Source: Candidatus Dadabacteria bacterium (GTDB lineage Bacteria; J088). Taken from it: a DNA stretch of 53,087 nt. Positions 1 to 8,698 of this stretch are shown piece after piece (position 1 is the stretch's first letter; each line of letters begins with the position of its first letter). The position numbers were made by a program, and so were the translations under genes. The stretch is from contig RFIY01000119.1 of assembly GCA_003695505.1 (NCBI GenBank), forward strand, positions 1 through 53,087. The letters are read 5' to 3'. The notes under the pieces are model-generated. The model was not told where the DNA came from and did not search any database. It worked only from the letters and a program-made list of their open reading frames with translations.

Positions 1-1
1 C

Positions 2-487
2 ACAGGCCTGGCAGATACCGGCATCATCGATCAACCGGGGGGATTTGGCAATCTGCCTGGCGGCGAAGCGTTCATCGCACCGCTCGAAGGCACCGCACAG
101 GGCGAGCTGTCGGTTGGCCCACCCGACGATCCGGCACGCTGGTGGTTCAGCTTCAGCGACGGCCGACTGTCTGGCATCCACGGCGACCCGCCGTTTCGCG
201 ACCGGCTAGAGCAGGCCATCGCGCAGCACGACGATGTGCGGAATGTGGCTGAGCTGGGCGTCGGGACGAACGAAAAGGCGTCTCACCCGGACAACATCCT
301 GGAGGCTGAAAAAATTCTCGGCACCGTTCACGTCGCACTCGGCGACAGTGCCGGATTCGGCGGCGCCGTCAGTGTGCCGTTCCACCAGGATTACGTCATC
401 TGGAGTCCTTCCCTGCGTTTGACGACGCCGGAGGACGAAGACGTGAACGTCCTCGACAACGGGCGGTTCCTCGTCGAACCGGACTGA
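2..487 (+). CDS. M29-family (AmpS/PepS-like) aminopeptidase, C-terminal fragment; 5' end lies outside the window
   Basis: Frame 2 is open from the window edge to the stop at 485-487. The translation reads ...NLPGGEAFIAP...VAELGVGTNEKAS...ILEAEKILGTVHVALGDS...FHQDYV, the conserved C-terminal pattern of thermophilic-metalloprotease (M29) aminopeptidases. Confidence 0.7.
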   Translation, partial: TGLADTGIIDQPGGFGNLPGGEAFIAPLEGTAQGELSVGPPDDPARWWFSFSDGRLSGIHGDPPFRDRLEQAIAQHDDVRNVAELGVGTNEKASHPDNILEAEKILGTVHVALGDSAGFGGAVSVPFHQDYVIWSPSLRLTTPEDEDVNVLDNGRFLVEPD

Positions 488-501
488 CGCGGCCAGCGTT
501 C

Positions 502-1254
502 TCAGATGATGCGCGCCGCCTTCAACGCGAGCCGCGGCGCCAGCGGCAGTGGATCGAGCTGAATGTCGCCGGCCCTGAACAGGGCTGCATAGCCCTGTCG
601 ATTCAGGCGACCTTCGAGCAATTCCCGGAACGCGTGTGCCGTGATGCGAATCCCGACATCGACGCTGCCGCCAAGCGACTCCAGACGCCGCATCGGCCCG
701 CCGGCCACGACCTGGTCGGGCCAGCCAGCCAGGCCGATGATCGTTTCCATCTGTCGACGCGCATTGAACAGCACATACAATCCGACCTGTCCGCCTTCGA
801 CGGCGGACTGAATCGCGATCGCGTGTCCCTTCGGCAAGAAACGGCCAAGCACATTGATGAGGCGCCGGGTATTTGCGGATGGCTCCATGTCATAACGGAT
901 ACCACGAACCTCCGGGTGCAAATCGCGCATGAACGGCGCAACGATGCCGGCAACGCGCATCAGGTCGACCGGACGATCGGCGACGTCGGGGAAGCGCGCC
1001 ATGAATTGCCGGGGGACGTCTGACGGCAACAGAATGCCAATCTGGTTACGTGCCGCGCAGAACTGCTCGGGATCGTCGACCGGCTCCACGGTACCATCCA
1101 GCGGCCAGACCGCCTTCAGGCCCTCTCCCCAGTCCCCAATCACCCAGCGAGACCCCGAACCGGGTCGGGTCACCCACTCGAGCAACCGATCGAGGTCCGC
1201 AGCCCCGAAATCGCGTACACACAGTCGTTCACTGACGATGCGCCGTACCGCCAT
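502..1254 (-). CDS. hypothetical protein (250 aa); the C-terminal ~60 aa are reminiscent of an SCP2-like fold
   Basis: This is the internal Met170 of the 502..1761 ORF. GGAGGA lies 4 nt upstream of that ATG (minus strand GGAGGATACGATG). The upstream 169 codons overlap ruvX antisense and look like shadow sequence. Function was not recognised. Confidence 0.5.
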   Translation of the reverse strand: MAVRRIVSERLCVRDFGAADLDRLLEWVTRPGSGSRWVIGDWGEGLKAVWPLDGTVEPVDDPEQFCAARNQIGILLPSDVPRQFMARFPDVADRPVDLMRVAGIVAPFMRDLHPEVRGIRYDMEPSANTRRLINVLGRFLPKGHAIAIQSAVEGGQVGLYVLFNARRQMETIIGLAGWPDQVVAGGPMRRLESLGGSVDVGIRITAHAFRELLEGRLNRQGYAALFRAGDIQLDPLPLAPRLALKAARII

Positions 1255-1365
1255 CGTATCCTCCACAACCGGCGACCGGCACGCGGCCCGCCCGGCAAGC
1301 TTCAATGCATGTTCTGGATCAATGTTATTGTACGCGACAGACTGTCCGCCGTATACAATGTGTGG

Positions 1366-1791
1366 ATGCAACGAATCCTTGGCATCGATTACGGCCGCGC
1401 CCGGCTCGGCGTGGCAATCAGCGACCCGACCGGGAGCATCGCGCTGCCGCTCGAGATTCTGCACGTCCCGCATCCCCGCGCCGCCGTGCCTGACCTGAAA
1501 CGACTGACGGCAGCGCACGCGGTCACACGCATTGTCGTCGGTCTGCCGCTCGATGCCAGCGGCGCAGAGAACGACCTGACCAGCGAAATCCGCGCCTGGT
1601 CGGAGACGATCATACGCGCGACCGGCTGCCCCGTCGAGTTCGTCGACGAACGCTTCACATCCCAGTTGGCCGATCGGGTCATCGACCTGCACAAACCCGG
1701 CCAGAAGCGACGCAAAGCACGCGAACATCGCGATCAGATCGCTGCCCAGGCGATCCTGCAAAGCTGGCTGGACCAGCAGCGTAACGGTTAA
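1366..1791 (+). CDS. ruvX: YqgF/RuvX putative pre-16S rRNA nuclease (Holliday-junction-resolvase-like)
   Basis: MQRILGIDYGRARLGVAISD...IVVGLPLDASG...FVDERFTS is the canonical YqgF signature. The start was chosen at the conserved N-terminus inside the 1309..1791 ORF. Confidence 0.9.
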   Translation: MQRILGIDYGRARLGVAISDPTGSIALPLEILHVPHPRAAVPDLKRLTAAHAVTRIVVGLPLDASGAENDLTSEIRAWSETIIRATGCPVEFVDERFTSQLADRVIDLHKPGQKRRKAREHRDQIAAQAILQSWLDQQRNG

Positions 1792-1794
1792 GTC

Positions 1795-2769
1795 ATGCGA
1801 CAGTGGTTACCCGCGATTCTGGCGCCTGCAATCGCGGCGATTGCGGCGATGCTGACGGCGCCCCTCTATCCCCATGACATTGCACCACCATCCCTGACGG
1901 TCGATCAGGGCGCCACGTTACGCCAGGTCTTGCGCGAGGGCGCGAAAGCGGGCGTCTTCCGCACACCGAGATTTACCGAGTGGCTGGCCCGTCTGACCGG
2001 CAACGACATCCCGCGCGCCGGCACCTATCGATTGCCTGACAACGGTTCCGACTTCGATGTGGTCCGCCTGTTGCACCGCGGCGCCATCGAGACGACAACC
2101 GTGACATTACTGGAAGGCTGGACGGCGCTCGAATATGCCAATGCGCTGAGTCGCGCCGGCATCGTTTCACGCGATGCATTTATCGACGCCACACGCAATC
2201 CGGATCTGCTGCAGCGCTACGGCATCAAGGCCACCGAAGCCGAGGGCTACCTTTTTCCCGAAACGTATCGGTTCGCACCGCGACTCGATGCGGATACCGT
2301 CGCGGACGTGCTCGTACGAACGTTCTTTTCGCGACTTCCCGCGACGTATGCCACGATGGCGGAGCGCGTCGGCTTGTCGCTGCACGACGCGGTCATCCTC
2401 GCCAGCATCATCCAGAAAGAAACGTACATTCCCGAGGAAATGCCGAAGGTCAGCGCCGTTTTCCACAATCGGCTGCGCCGCAGCATGCGTTTGCAGGCAG
2501 ATCCGACGGCCATCTATCGCATGCCGGGCTACAACGGCAACCTCACGCGCAAGCATTTGCGCACGCCGACCCCGTACAACACCTATGTGATTCGCGGCCT
2601 GCCGGCTGGACCGATCTGTAACCCGGGGCTGGATGCTCTGCTTGCCGCCGTTCGCCCGGCCAACAGTGATGCGCTCTATTTCGTGGCTACACAGGATGGC
2701 AAACACGTTTTTTCACGAACACTTCGTGAACACAACCGCGCCGTTCGCAAGCACCAACTCGGACGCTGA
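1795..2769 (+). CDS. mltG: endolytic murein transglycosylase MltG (YceG family)
   Basis: N-terminal TM segment, then LLEGWT, YLFPETYRF, ASIIQKET, NTYVIRGLPAGPICNPG and ALYFVA motifs. It lies 3 nt after ruvX, the usual ruvX-mltG pairing. Confidence 0.9.
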   Translation: MRQWLPAILAPAIAAIAAMLTAPLYPHDIAPPSLTVDQGATLRQVLREGAKAGVFRTPRFTEWLARLTGNDIPRAGTYRLPDNGSDFDVVRLLHRGAIETTTVTLLEGWTALEYANALSRAGIVSRDAFIDATRNPDLLQRYGIKATEAEGYLFPETYRFAPRLDADTVADVLVRTFFSRLPATYATMAERVGLSLHDAVILASIIQKETYIPEEMPKVSAVFHNRLRRSMRLQADPTAIYRMPGYNGNLTRKHLRTPTPYNTYVIRGLPAGPICNPGLDALLAAVRPANSDALYFVATQDGKHVFSRTLREHNRAVRKHQLGR

Positions 2770-2787
2770 CGCACACGGGATAGTGCG

Positions 2788-4134
2788 TCAGGAGATCCCG
2801 TACTCTTTCATCTTGTACAGCAGGGCGCGATGACTGATCTCGAGTAAGCGTGCCGCATGCGTGCGGTTCCCGCCCGTCTCTTCGAGCGCCTTGCGGATCA
2901 GAAGCTGTTCGAGGCGGCGCGTTTCCGCTTTGATCGACAGCGTCGCCGGTGCATAACCGGCTGCTGAAACCGCTTTACCGGAAGCACCGACCAGCCCCTG
3001 AATCGCTTCAGCCGTGATCATGTCGCGGTCGCTGAGAATGCTGGCGCGCTCCAGCACATTTTCCAGCTCGCGCACATTGCCCGGCCAGTCGTGCCGTGCG
3101 AGCAGGTCGAAGGCCGCGGCTTCAATACCACGAATGCGCGGCCCATACCGTTCATTGAGTGCCGCCAGCAGGTGACCCGCAAGCAGACGCAGATCATCGC
3201 GTCGCTCACGCAGCGGTGGCAGCCGGATCGTAAACACGTTGAGTCGAAAATAGAGATCCTGACGAAACGTCCCCTGCTCGACCGCCGCTTCGAGATCCTG
3301 TAGCGTTGCGGTCACCCAGCGTACATCCACATCCACCGGACGGGGCGCACCCAGTGGCTGCACCTGCCCTTCCTGAATCACGCGCAACAGCTTGACCTGC
3401 AACGGCAACGGCAGGTCGCCGATCTCGTCCAGAAACAGCGTCCCGCCCGAGGCCTGCTCGATCAGACCCGAACGATCCTGGTCCGCTCCAGTAAACGCGC
3501 CCTTCCGGTACCCGAACAGCTCCGCTTCGATCAGCGTATCCGGGATGGCGGCGCAATTGACCGGAACGAACGGTCCGTCGGCACGATCACTGCGGCGGTG
3601 AATCTCTCGCGCAACCAGCTCCTTGCCGGATCCGCTTTCGCCGAGAATCAGGACGGTCGTCGGGAACGGTGCGATTTTCTCAATCAGCCCGAATACGGTA
3701 CGCATCGGCGGACTCTGCCCGACCAGATCCCCGAACCGCGCGCGTTCCGGTGCGAACGCCGCCAGAACGTCGGCGTGTTGTGGACCAGCGGCACCTTGCA
3801 ACAGCTCTTCGAGCCGCTCCCGGCCAATGGGCTTGGTCAGAAAATCGTCGGCGCCGGCATCGATGGCCCGCTGCGCCGTATCCAGCGACCCGTAGGCCGA
3901 CATCAGCACGACGCGAGCCCGCGGGGCGGCCCGGCGCAGTTTCGGCAGCAGATCGAAACCGCCCTGCCGCGGCATGCGCACGTCGCAAAGAATCAGATCC
4001 GGAAGGGAATCAGAGATGTCACGCAGCGCGGCGGTGGCATCGTGCACAACGGACACGTCGGCCTGCATCTGGCCAACGAGACGTCCAAGGCTGTCGGCCA
4101 CATCGGGATCGTCGTCAATGATCAGGACGCGCAT
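2788..4134 (-). CDS. sigma-54-dependent response regulator (NtrC family: REC, AAA+, Fis-type HTH)
   Basis: Receiver domain MRVLIIDDD...LILCDVRMP...LTKP, Walker A GESGSGKE, the sigma-54 contact loop GAFTGA, and a C-terminal HTH GGNRTHAARLLEISHRALLYKMKEYGI. Confidence 0.9.
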   Translation of the reverse strand: MRVLIIDDDPDVADSLGRLVGQMQADVSVVHDATAALRDISDSLPDLILCDVRMPRQGGFDLLPKLRRAAPRARVVLMSAYGSLDTAQRAIDAGADDFLTKPIGRERLEELLQGAAGPQHADVLAAFAPERARFGDLVGQSPPMRTVFGLIEKIAPFPTTVLILGESGSGKELVAREIHRRSDRADGPFVPVNCAAIPDTLIEAELFGYRKGAFTGADQDRSGLIEQASGGTLFLDEIGDLPLPLQVKLLRVIQEGQVQPLGAPRPVDVDVRWVTATLQDLEAAVEQGTFRQDLYFRLNVFTIRLPPLRERRDDLRLLAGHLLAALNERYGPRIRGIEAAAFDLLARHDWPGNVRELENVLERASILSDRDMITAEAIQGLVGASGKAVSAAGYAPATLSIKAETRRLEQLLIRKALEETGGNRTHAARLLEISHRALLYKMKEYGIS

Positions 4135-4139
4135 GGCCC

Positions 4140-5948
4140 TCAGCTGTCGAAATCGGAGGTAACACGCAGCACTTCTTCGACTGTGGTCAGCCCGTCGCGT
4201 ACCAGATCAAGGCCGGCCTCGCGAAGCGAACGCATCCCCGCGCGCCGTCCGACGTCGCGCAATTCATCGACCGGCACGCCGGCTTCGATTGCCGTACGCA
4301 CATCCGCCCCGACTTCAAGCATCTCAACGACCGCCACGCGCCCCTTGTAGCCGGTCCCCCGGCAACTCGGGCACCCCACGGCGCGCATGACGCTGACCGC
4401 GTCCTCATCGGCGGGCGCACCACCGAGCGCCTCCCATTCTCCGGCCGGCAGCAATTGCGGTTCCGCGCAGGCCGTACAGAGCCGCCGTACGAGGCGCTGC
4501 GCCATAACGCCGGTCAACGAGCTGGCCAGCAAGAATGGCTCGACCCCAAGATCGACAAGGCGCGGAATGGCCGTCGCCGAATCATTGGTATGGAGAGTAC
4601 TGAAGACGAGGTGGCCAGTAATCGCAGCCTGTACCGCATGCTGCGCCGTGTCGCGATCCCGCACCTCACCAACCATGATCACGTCCGGGTCCTGTCGCAG
4701 GATCGTCCGTAACGCCGACGCAAAGGTCACCCCGGCCTGGGGCTGCACGGCGACCTGGTTGAACTGGTCAAAAATCATTTCGATCGGGTCTTCGATGGTG
4801 ACGATATTCAATTCATCGCTTGCGATGTTCAACAACGCGGTATACAGCGTCGTGCTTTTTCCTGATCCCGTCGGCCCCGTCACGAGGATGATCCCGTGAG
4901 GCTGGCGAATCCAGCGCCGAAACGCCGCCAGCTCCGCTTCACGAAACCCCAGTTGAGCCAGATCTCCATGCACCGTCTGTGGATCGAACAGGCGAATGAC
5001 CAGTTTCTCGCCGGTCGCGACGGGCATGGAGCTGACCCGCATTTCCACCTGGCGGTCTTCCTGCATCGTGCGAATGCGACCATCCTGTGGACGTCGTTTT
5101 TCGGCGATGTCCATACGGGCAAGCATCTTGATGCGGCTGATCAGCGCGAGGTGAACGTTCGGGGGAATCGTATACACCTGGTGCAGCACGCCATCGATGC
5201 GGTAGCGAATTCTGCTGTAATCCCGGCGCGGCTCGATGTGGATGTCGCTCGCGTTCAGCTCGAACGCGTAACGAAACAGATAGTCGACCGCATTGACAAT
5301 GTGCTGGTCCGAGGCCTCCAGCTCACGATCGCCCCGGATGCGCACGAGCTGCTCAAAACTCTGAATCCGTGCGCTCTGCGGCGCATCGATCTGCTTCTGC
5401 GCCCGCGTCACGCTGGCGCGAAAACCATAGAACTCCGTAAGCACGCGGTCGATCTCATTCGGCAACCCGACTACGAAGCGCAATGTCCGGTCCGTCGTAC
5501 GTTGAGCGATCTGCCGTGCCTCTTCGTCGAATGGCGCACCGCAGGCAACGACGACCTCGCCTTCTTCTTCGCGCAGCGGGATCATCAGATGGCGCTGCGC
5601 AAACGGTTTCGAAAACAGGCGGGTAACGAACTCGGGATCGAGTTTGAGCGAATCGATATGCTCGAATGGCAACCCCACATGCGCGGCCAGCGCTTGCGCG
5701 ATCGTCTCGTCATCCAGCGGCTCACGCGTATGGACATTGGCGACTTTGAGCGCAGCCAGCGTTTCGTACAGCGTCGGCGCCTGTCGATCGACGCGCCCAG
5801 CCTGCAAACGTGCCGCGGCCATCGGACCGTGATGAATGATTTCCTGCACAGCGGACTCGTCGATGAGTCCGGCGTGCAGCAGCGCTTCGGCCGCCTGCTG
5901 AAGCATTTGCACATCCAGCGGCCGGGCAGTCGTTCCGGGTCGATTCAT
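4140..5948 (-). CDS. GspE/PilB-family secretion or type IV pilus assembly ATPase with a T2SSE_N-type N-terminal domain
   Basis: Walker A GPTGSGKSTT, Walker B/Asp box DPDVIMVGEVRD, His box GHLVFSTLHTND, and the tetracysteine CTAC...CPSCRGTGYKGR. It ends 5 nt upstream of the NtrC-like gene. Confidence 0.9.
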   Translation of the reverse strand: MNRPGTTARPLDVQMLQQAAEALLHAGLIDESAVQEIIHHGPMAAARLQAGRVDRQAPTLYETLAALKVANVHTREPLDDETIAQALAAHVGLPFEHIDSLKLDPEFVTRLFSKPFAQRHLMIPLREEEGEVVVACGAPFDEEARQIAQRTTDRTLRFVVGLPNEIDRVLTEFYGFRASVTRAQKQIDAPQSARIQSFEQLVRIRGDRELEASDQHIVNAVDYLFRYAFELNASDIHIEPRRDYSRIRYRIDGVLHQVYTIPPNVHLALISRIKMLARMDIAEKRRPQDGRIRTMQEDRQVEMRVSSMPVATGEKLVIRLFDPQTVHGDLAQLGFREAELAAFRRWIRQPHGIILVTGPTGSGKSTTLYTALLNIASDELNIVTIEDPIEMIFDQFNQVAVQPQAGVTFASALRTILRQDPDVIMVGEVRDRDTAQHAVQAAITGHLVFSTLHTNDSATAIPRLVDLGVEPFLLASSLTGVMAQRLVRRLCTACAEPQLLPAGEWEALGGAPADEDAVSVMRAVGCPSCRGTGYKGRVAVVEMLEVGADVRTAIEAGVPVDELRDVGRRAGMRSLREAGLDLVRDGLTTVEEVLRVTSDFDS

Positions 5949-6006
5949 GCGATCATTCTACCGAAGGCAGAAAGTCGGGGCGCGAGCGCGTACAATGTGC
6001 AGGCAG

Positions 6007-6951
6007 ATGCCTCCCCAATGGAGCGGAACAAACGTGGCAGAAAAGCGCTACGGCACCATTCATCCGATTGCGCAGCAACCCGACGCTCCGATGTGGCTGT
6101 TTGCGCCGTCTGGCGCCGTCCGCGACCCCTGGCGAAGCCGCGGACTGGAATTGCTGCGTCGCACCGGTCGCCCACTGCTGACTGGCGAATCGCTCGACGC
6201 GCGCCCGTCGCCGTTTTCGGCCGGCTCCGCGGAGCTGCGGCTGCGGGACTGGCGCCAAGGTCTGGCCCACGGCGCGACCGCGATGCTGCCCGCACGCGGT
6301 GGTTACGGTGCCGTACATCTGCTCGAACAGGCACCTCTGGATGAAACCGCCGAGCGAGCCCCCTTGTGGATCGGCAGCAGCGACTGCACATTTTTGCAGA
6401 CAGCGCTGCTGCAACAGACTGGCCTGATCAACGTGTACAGCCCGATGCCATGTGGCCAGGCCGCCGACGGCGATGAAGTTTCTGCCGAGGCGCTGCTGGC
6501 GCTGCTGTCCGGGAAAGGCTGCCCCACGCATCTTTCGGCCAGCGAGCAGCCCGTTCCGGGGGCGACGGAGGGCGAGTTGCGCGGTGGTTGCCTGAGCATT
6601 CTCGCCGCATTATGCGGCACACGCTGGCAGCCTGACGGCCGCGATGCCGTGCTCCTGATCGAAGACGTCGCCGAGGCCCCCTATCGCGTGGAACGGATGC
6701 TCGAAACGCTACGACTGGCTGGCGTCATGGACGGCTGTCGCGGCATCGTCTTTGGCACCTTTCCCGGCTGTGTCGATCGCTCAGGAAATCCGGATCTCAT
6801 CCGCGACGTGCTGCGAACCTGGTCCCGGCGGCTCGGCATCCCAACGTTGCTCGGTGTACCGGTCGGACACGGACCGGGAGCGTTGCCCGTCCCCCTCGGT
6901 CTGCCCGTTCGAATCGAACACGCCACGTTGACGCTGCTGGAAGCACTGTGA
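6007..6951 (+). CDS. LD-carboxypeptidase (S66 family, LdcA-like)
   Basis: WLFAPSGAV, ARGGYGA, IGSSDCTF (nucleophile Ser context) and LLIEDVAEAPYRVERML...GIVFGTF are present. The start is ambiguous (5947, 6007 or 6091). 5947 would abut the divergent ATPase start, so an internal Met is preferred. Confidence 0.75.
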   Translation: MPPQWSGTNVAEKRYGTIHPIAQQPDAPMWLFAPSGAVRDPWRSRGLELLRRTGRPLLTGESLDARPSPFSAGSAELRLRDWRQGLAHGATAMLPARGGYGAVHLLEQAPLDETAERAPLWIGSSDCTFLQTALLQQTGLINVYSPMPCGQAADGDEVSAEALLALLSGKGCPTHLSASEQPVPGATEGELRGGCLSILAALCGTRWQPDGRDAVLLIEDVAEAPYRVERMLETLRLAGVMDGCRGIVFGTFPGCVDRSGNPDLIRDVLRTWSRRLGIPTLLGVPVGHGPGALPVPLGLPVRIEHATLTLLEAL

Positions 6952-7077
6952 TCCGGGTCACAGACACCCCACCACACGCCTGCTAGATTCAGCAGTCAGG
7001 ATAAACGATCATTCGGAACGGAGCTGCACGTTGCACACCTTCCCGCGCAATTGCGTTTTCGGCGTTCGGCTGCTAGT

Positions 7078-7112
7078 CTCCAAAGGAGCGATTTGTCGCC
7101 CTCCAAAGGAGC
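7078..7112 (+). repeat. tandem pair of the 12-nt element CTCCAAAGGAGC (7078-7089 and 7101-7112), each carrying an AGGAG Shine-Dalgarno-like core
   Basis: Two exact 12-nt copies sit 11 nt apart, directly upstream of the two candidate starts (TTG 7093, GTG 7123) of the TPR/beta-barrel gene. Each copy is also a small CTCC-AAA-GGAG hairpin. Confidence 0.8.
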
Positions 7113-8682
7113 CGTTCGCACCGTGAACACCTTCGTCGTCAGACGCCTCGCCCTGATCATTGCCGCAACGACCGCGCTTGTGGCAGCACCGGTGGGGGCG
7201 AATGAAACCTCAGTCCGCAAGACCAATGAAGGCATCATCCTGCTCGATCAGGGCAAGCTCAGCGAAGCTCGCGCGGCCTTTACCGCGGCACTGCGCGCGG
7301 ACACCTCGGACGAGGACGCACGTTACTACCTTGCACATACGATGATCCTCGGTTCCGACTTCGAGAAGGCGCTCAAGATTCTCGGCTCGCGCGACTTTGA
7401 GTTCTGGGATGCTGACTATCTTCGCGGGATCGCCTGGATGAATCTGGGTGAGAACGAGAAGGCCATTGCATCGTTTGAACGGTCCATCAGGCGACGCGAC
7501 AGCGACCGCGCCCGGTTCAATCTGGGCATGCTCTATTACCAGGCCGGAGACAACGCCAAAGCGCGGGCACAGCTTGAGGCGACGCGCGATGGAAATCTTT
7601 CGCACGAAGACCAGGCATACCGCCTCCTTTATCTCGGCCTGATCGACTACGCCGAAGGGCAACAGGATCGCGCGCGCGGCTATTTTCGGCAGGTCAGCGA
7701 AGACTATGCCGACACGGCGGCATCGGAGCTGGCACGGGACATGCTCGGAGAAGAGGGTGGCGCAGCCGCCCATGGTGAGGGCGAAGCGGCGTCCAGCCCA
7801 TTCAGCGCCGGTCTGCGCCTGATGGTGCAATATGACAACAACGTCGGTCTGGTCCAGGACAATGACAATGTCGCGCAGATCTACAACCGCGCGATGACAC
7901 AGTCGCCCGAGGCGCTTCGCCTTGGAGTGTTTGGCAACGCCGGAGTTCGGCTTGGAGAAGACGAAGGGCTGCAGGGCGGACTCGGCGCCTCCCTGTTTAT
8001 CGGAATGAACGGCGGCGATGCCGACAATGTCTCGGATTTCAATGTCGTGCAACCGCGCGTGCAGGCCGACATCGGCTGGTCGGCAGGCAACTGGGGAATC
8101 CGTGCACCGTTGCTGGCGTCGGTCACGATGCTTGGCCCGTTCGACGATATCTATCGCTACAGCACCAGTTACGGTGGCGGTCTTGGTGGGTGGTGGTCTC
8201 CGATCGACATGCTGAGCGTCAACAGTGACCTGCTGATCCAGGCACGAGTTTATCCCCGGGCCGGAGAACGGGATGGAACGGAAATCGGACTGGGTCTTGG
8301 CGCCACGGTCGTGCCGATTGATCGCCTGCGCATCCAGGGCGGCTGGCGACTGACCACGCTGGCCGAGAAACAGAGCAACAGTCCGTGGGGCTACCTCGAG
8401 AATGGGCTGCACCTGGGCGCAACCATTGCGGCCACCGAAAAATTTTCGGTCAGCACGGGGCTCCGCTACGCACATCGCGGTTTCGACGGGCCATTTACGT
8501 TTCCGGATGGTAGCGGTCCCGGCCGCACCGACGACGAGATCACGGCGTCCCTCGGCTTCCGCGTACAGGCCACGGATCTGATCGATGTCACGGCGGGCTA
8601 CGACTATTTCCACCAGAACAGCGTGCCGGCCTTTACTTACACCCGTCAGATCGTTACACTGTCGGTCGGGTTCACGTTCTGA
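7093..8682 (+). CDS. outer-membrane protein: signal peptide, N-terminal TPR domain and C-terminal beta-barrel
   Basis: Signal peptide VVRRLALIIAATTALVAAPVGA-NE. TPR-like repeats span roughly residues 40-230 (LDQGKLSEARAAFTAAL, YYLAHT, GIAWMNLGENEKAIASFERSI, LGMLYYQAGDNAKA). The C-terminal half has alternating-hydrophobicity strands rich in G, Y and N and ends in ...VTLSVGFTF, the aromatic terminal residue typical of OMP barrels. Alternative starts are 7051 and 7123. Confidence 0.6.
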   Translation: MSPSKGAVRTVNTFVVRRLALIIAATTALVAAPVGANETSVRKTNEGIILLDQGKLSEARAAFTAALRADTSDEDARYYLAHTMILGSDFEKALKILGSRDFEFWDADYLRGIAWMNLGENEKAIASFERSIRRRDSDRARFNLGMLYYQAGDNAKARAQLEATRDGNLSHEDQAYRLLYLGLIDYAEGQQDRARGYFRQVSEDYADTAASELARDMLGEEGGAAAHGEGEAASSPFSAGLRLMVQYDNNVGLVQDNDNVAQIYNRAMTQSPEALRLGVFGNAGVRLGEDEGLQGGLGASLFIGMNGGDADNVSDFNVVQPRVQADIGWSAGNWGIRAPLLASVTMLGPFDDIYRYSTSYGGGLGGWWSPIDMLSVNSDLLIQARVYPRAGERDGTEIGLGLGATVVPIDRLRIQGGWRLTTLAEKQSNSPWGYLENGLHLGATIAATEKFSVSTGLRYAHRGFDGPFTFPDGSGPGRTDDEITASLGFRVQATDLIDVTAGYDYFHQNSVPAFTYTRQIVTLSVGFTF

Positions 8683-8698
8683 GCACGGGGTGCGGGCG

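Noticed and set aside
1255-1761. The upstream 169 codons of the 419-aa minus-strand ORF 502..1761.
   Set aside because: This part overlaps ruvX antisense, is Arg/Ala/Gly-rich shadow sequence typical of GC-rich DNA, and a well-placed GGAGGA-ATG internal start exists at 1254.
6002-6017. Minus-strand TGGGGAGGCATCTGCC with GG-N10-GC spacing, about 55 nt upstream of the ATPase ATG.
   Set aside because: Only the GG and GC dinucleotides and flanking T/C match. The CAC of -24 and the TT of -12 are missing, so it is too weak to call a sigma-54 promoter.
4896-6344. 482-aa plus-strand ORF.
   Set aside because: It is antisense to the motif-rich GspE/PilB ATPase gene. The translation is Arg-rich with no motifs, so it is a shadow ORF.
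7730-7745. TGGCACGGGACATGCT, the best sigma-54 -24/-12 match in the window, with correct GG-N10-GC spacing.
   Set aside because: It lies inside the TPR/beta-barrel coding sequence, about 950 nt from the next start codon, and is most likely a chance match. It would be worth re-checking only if an internal transcription start is observed.
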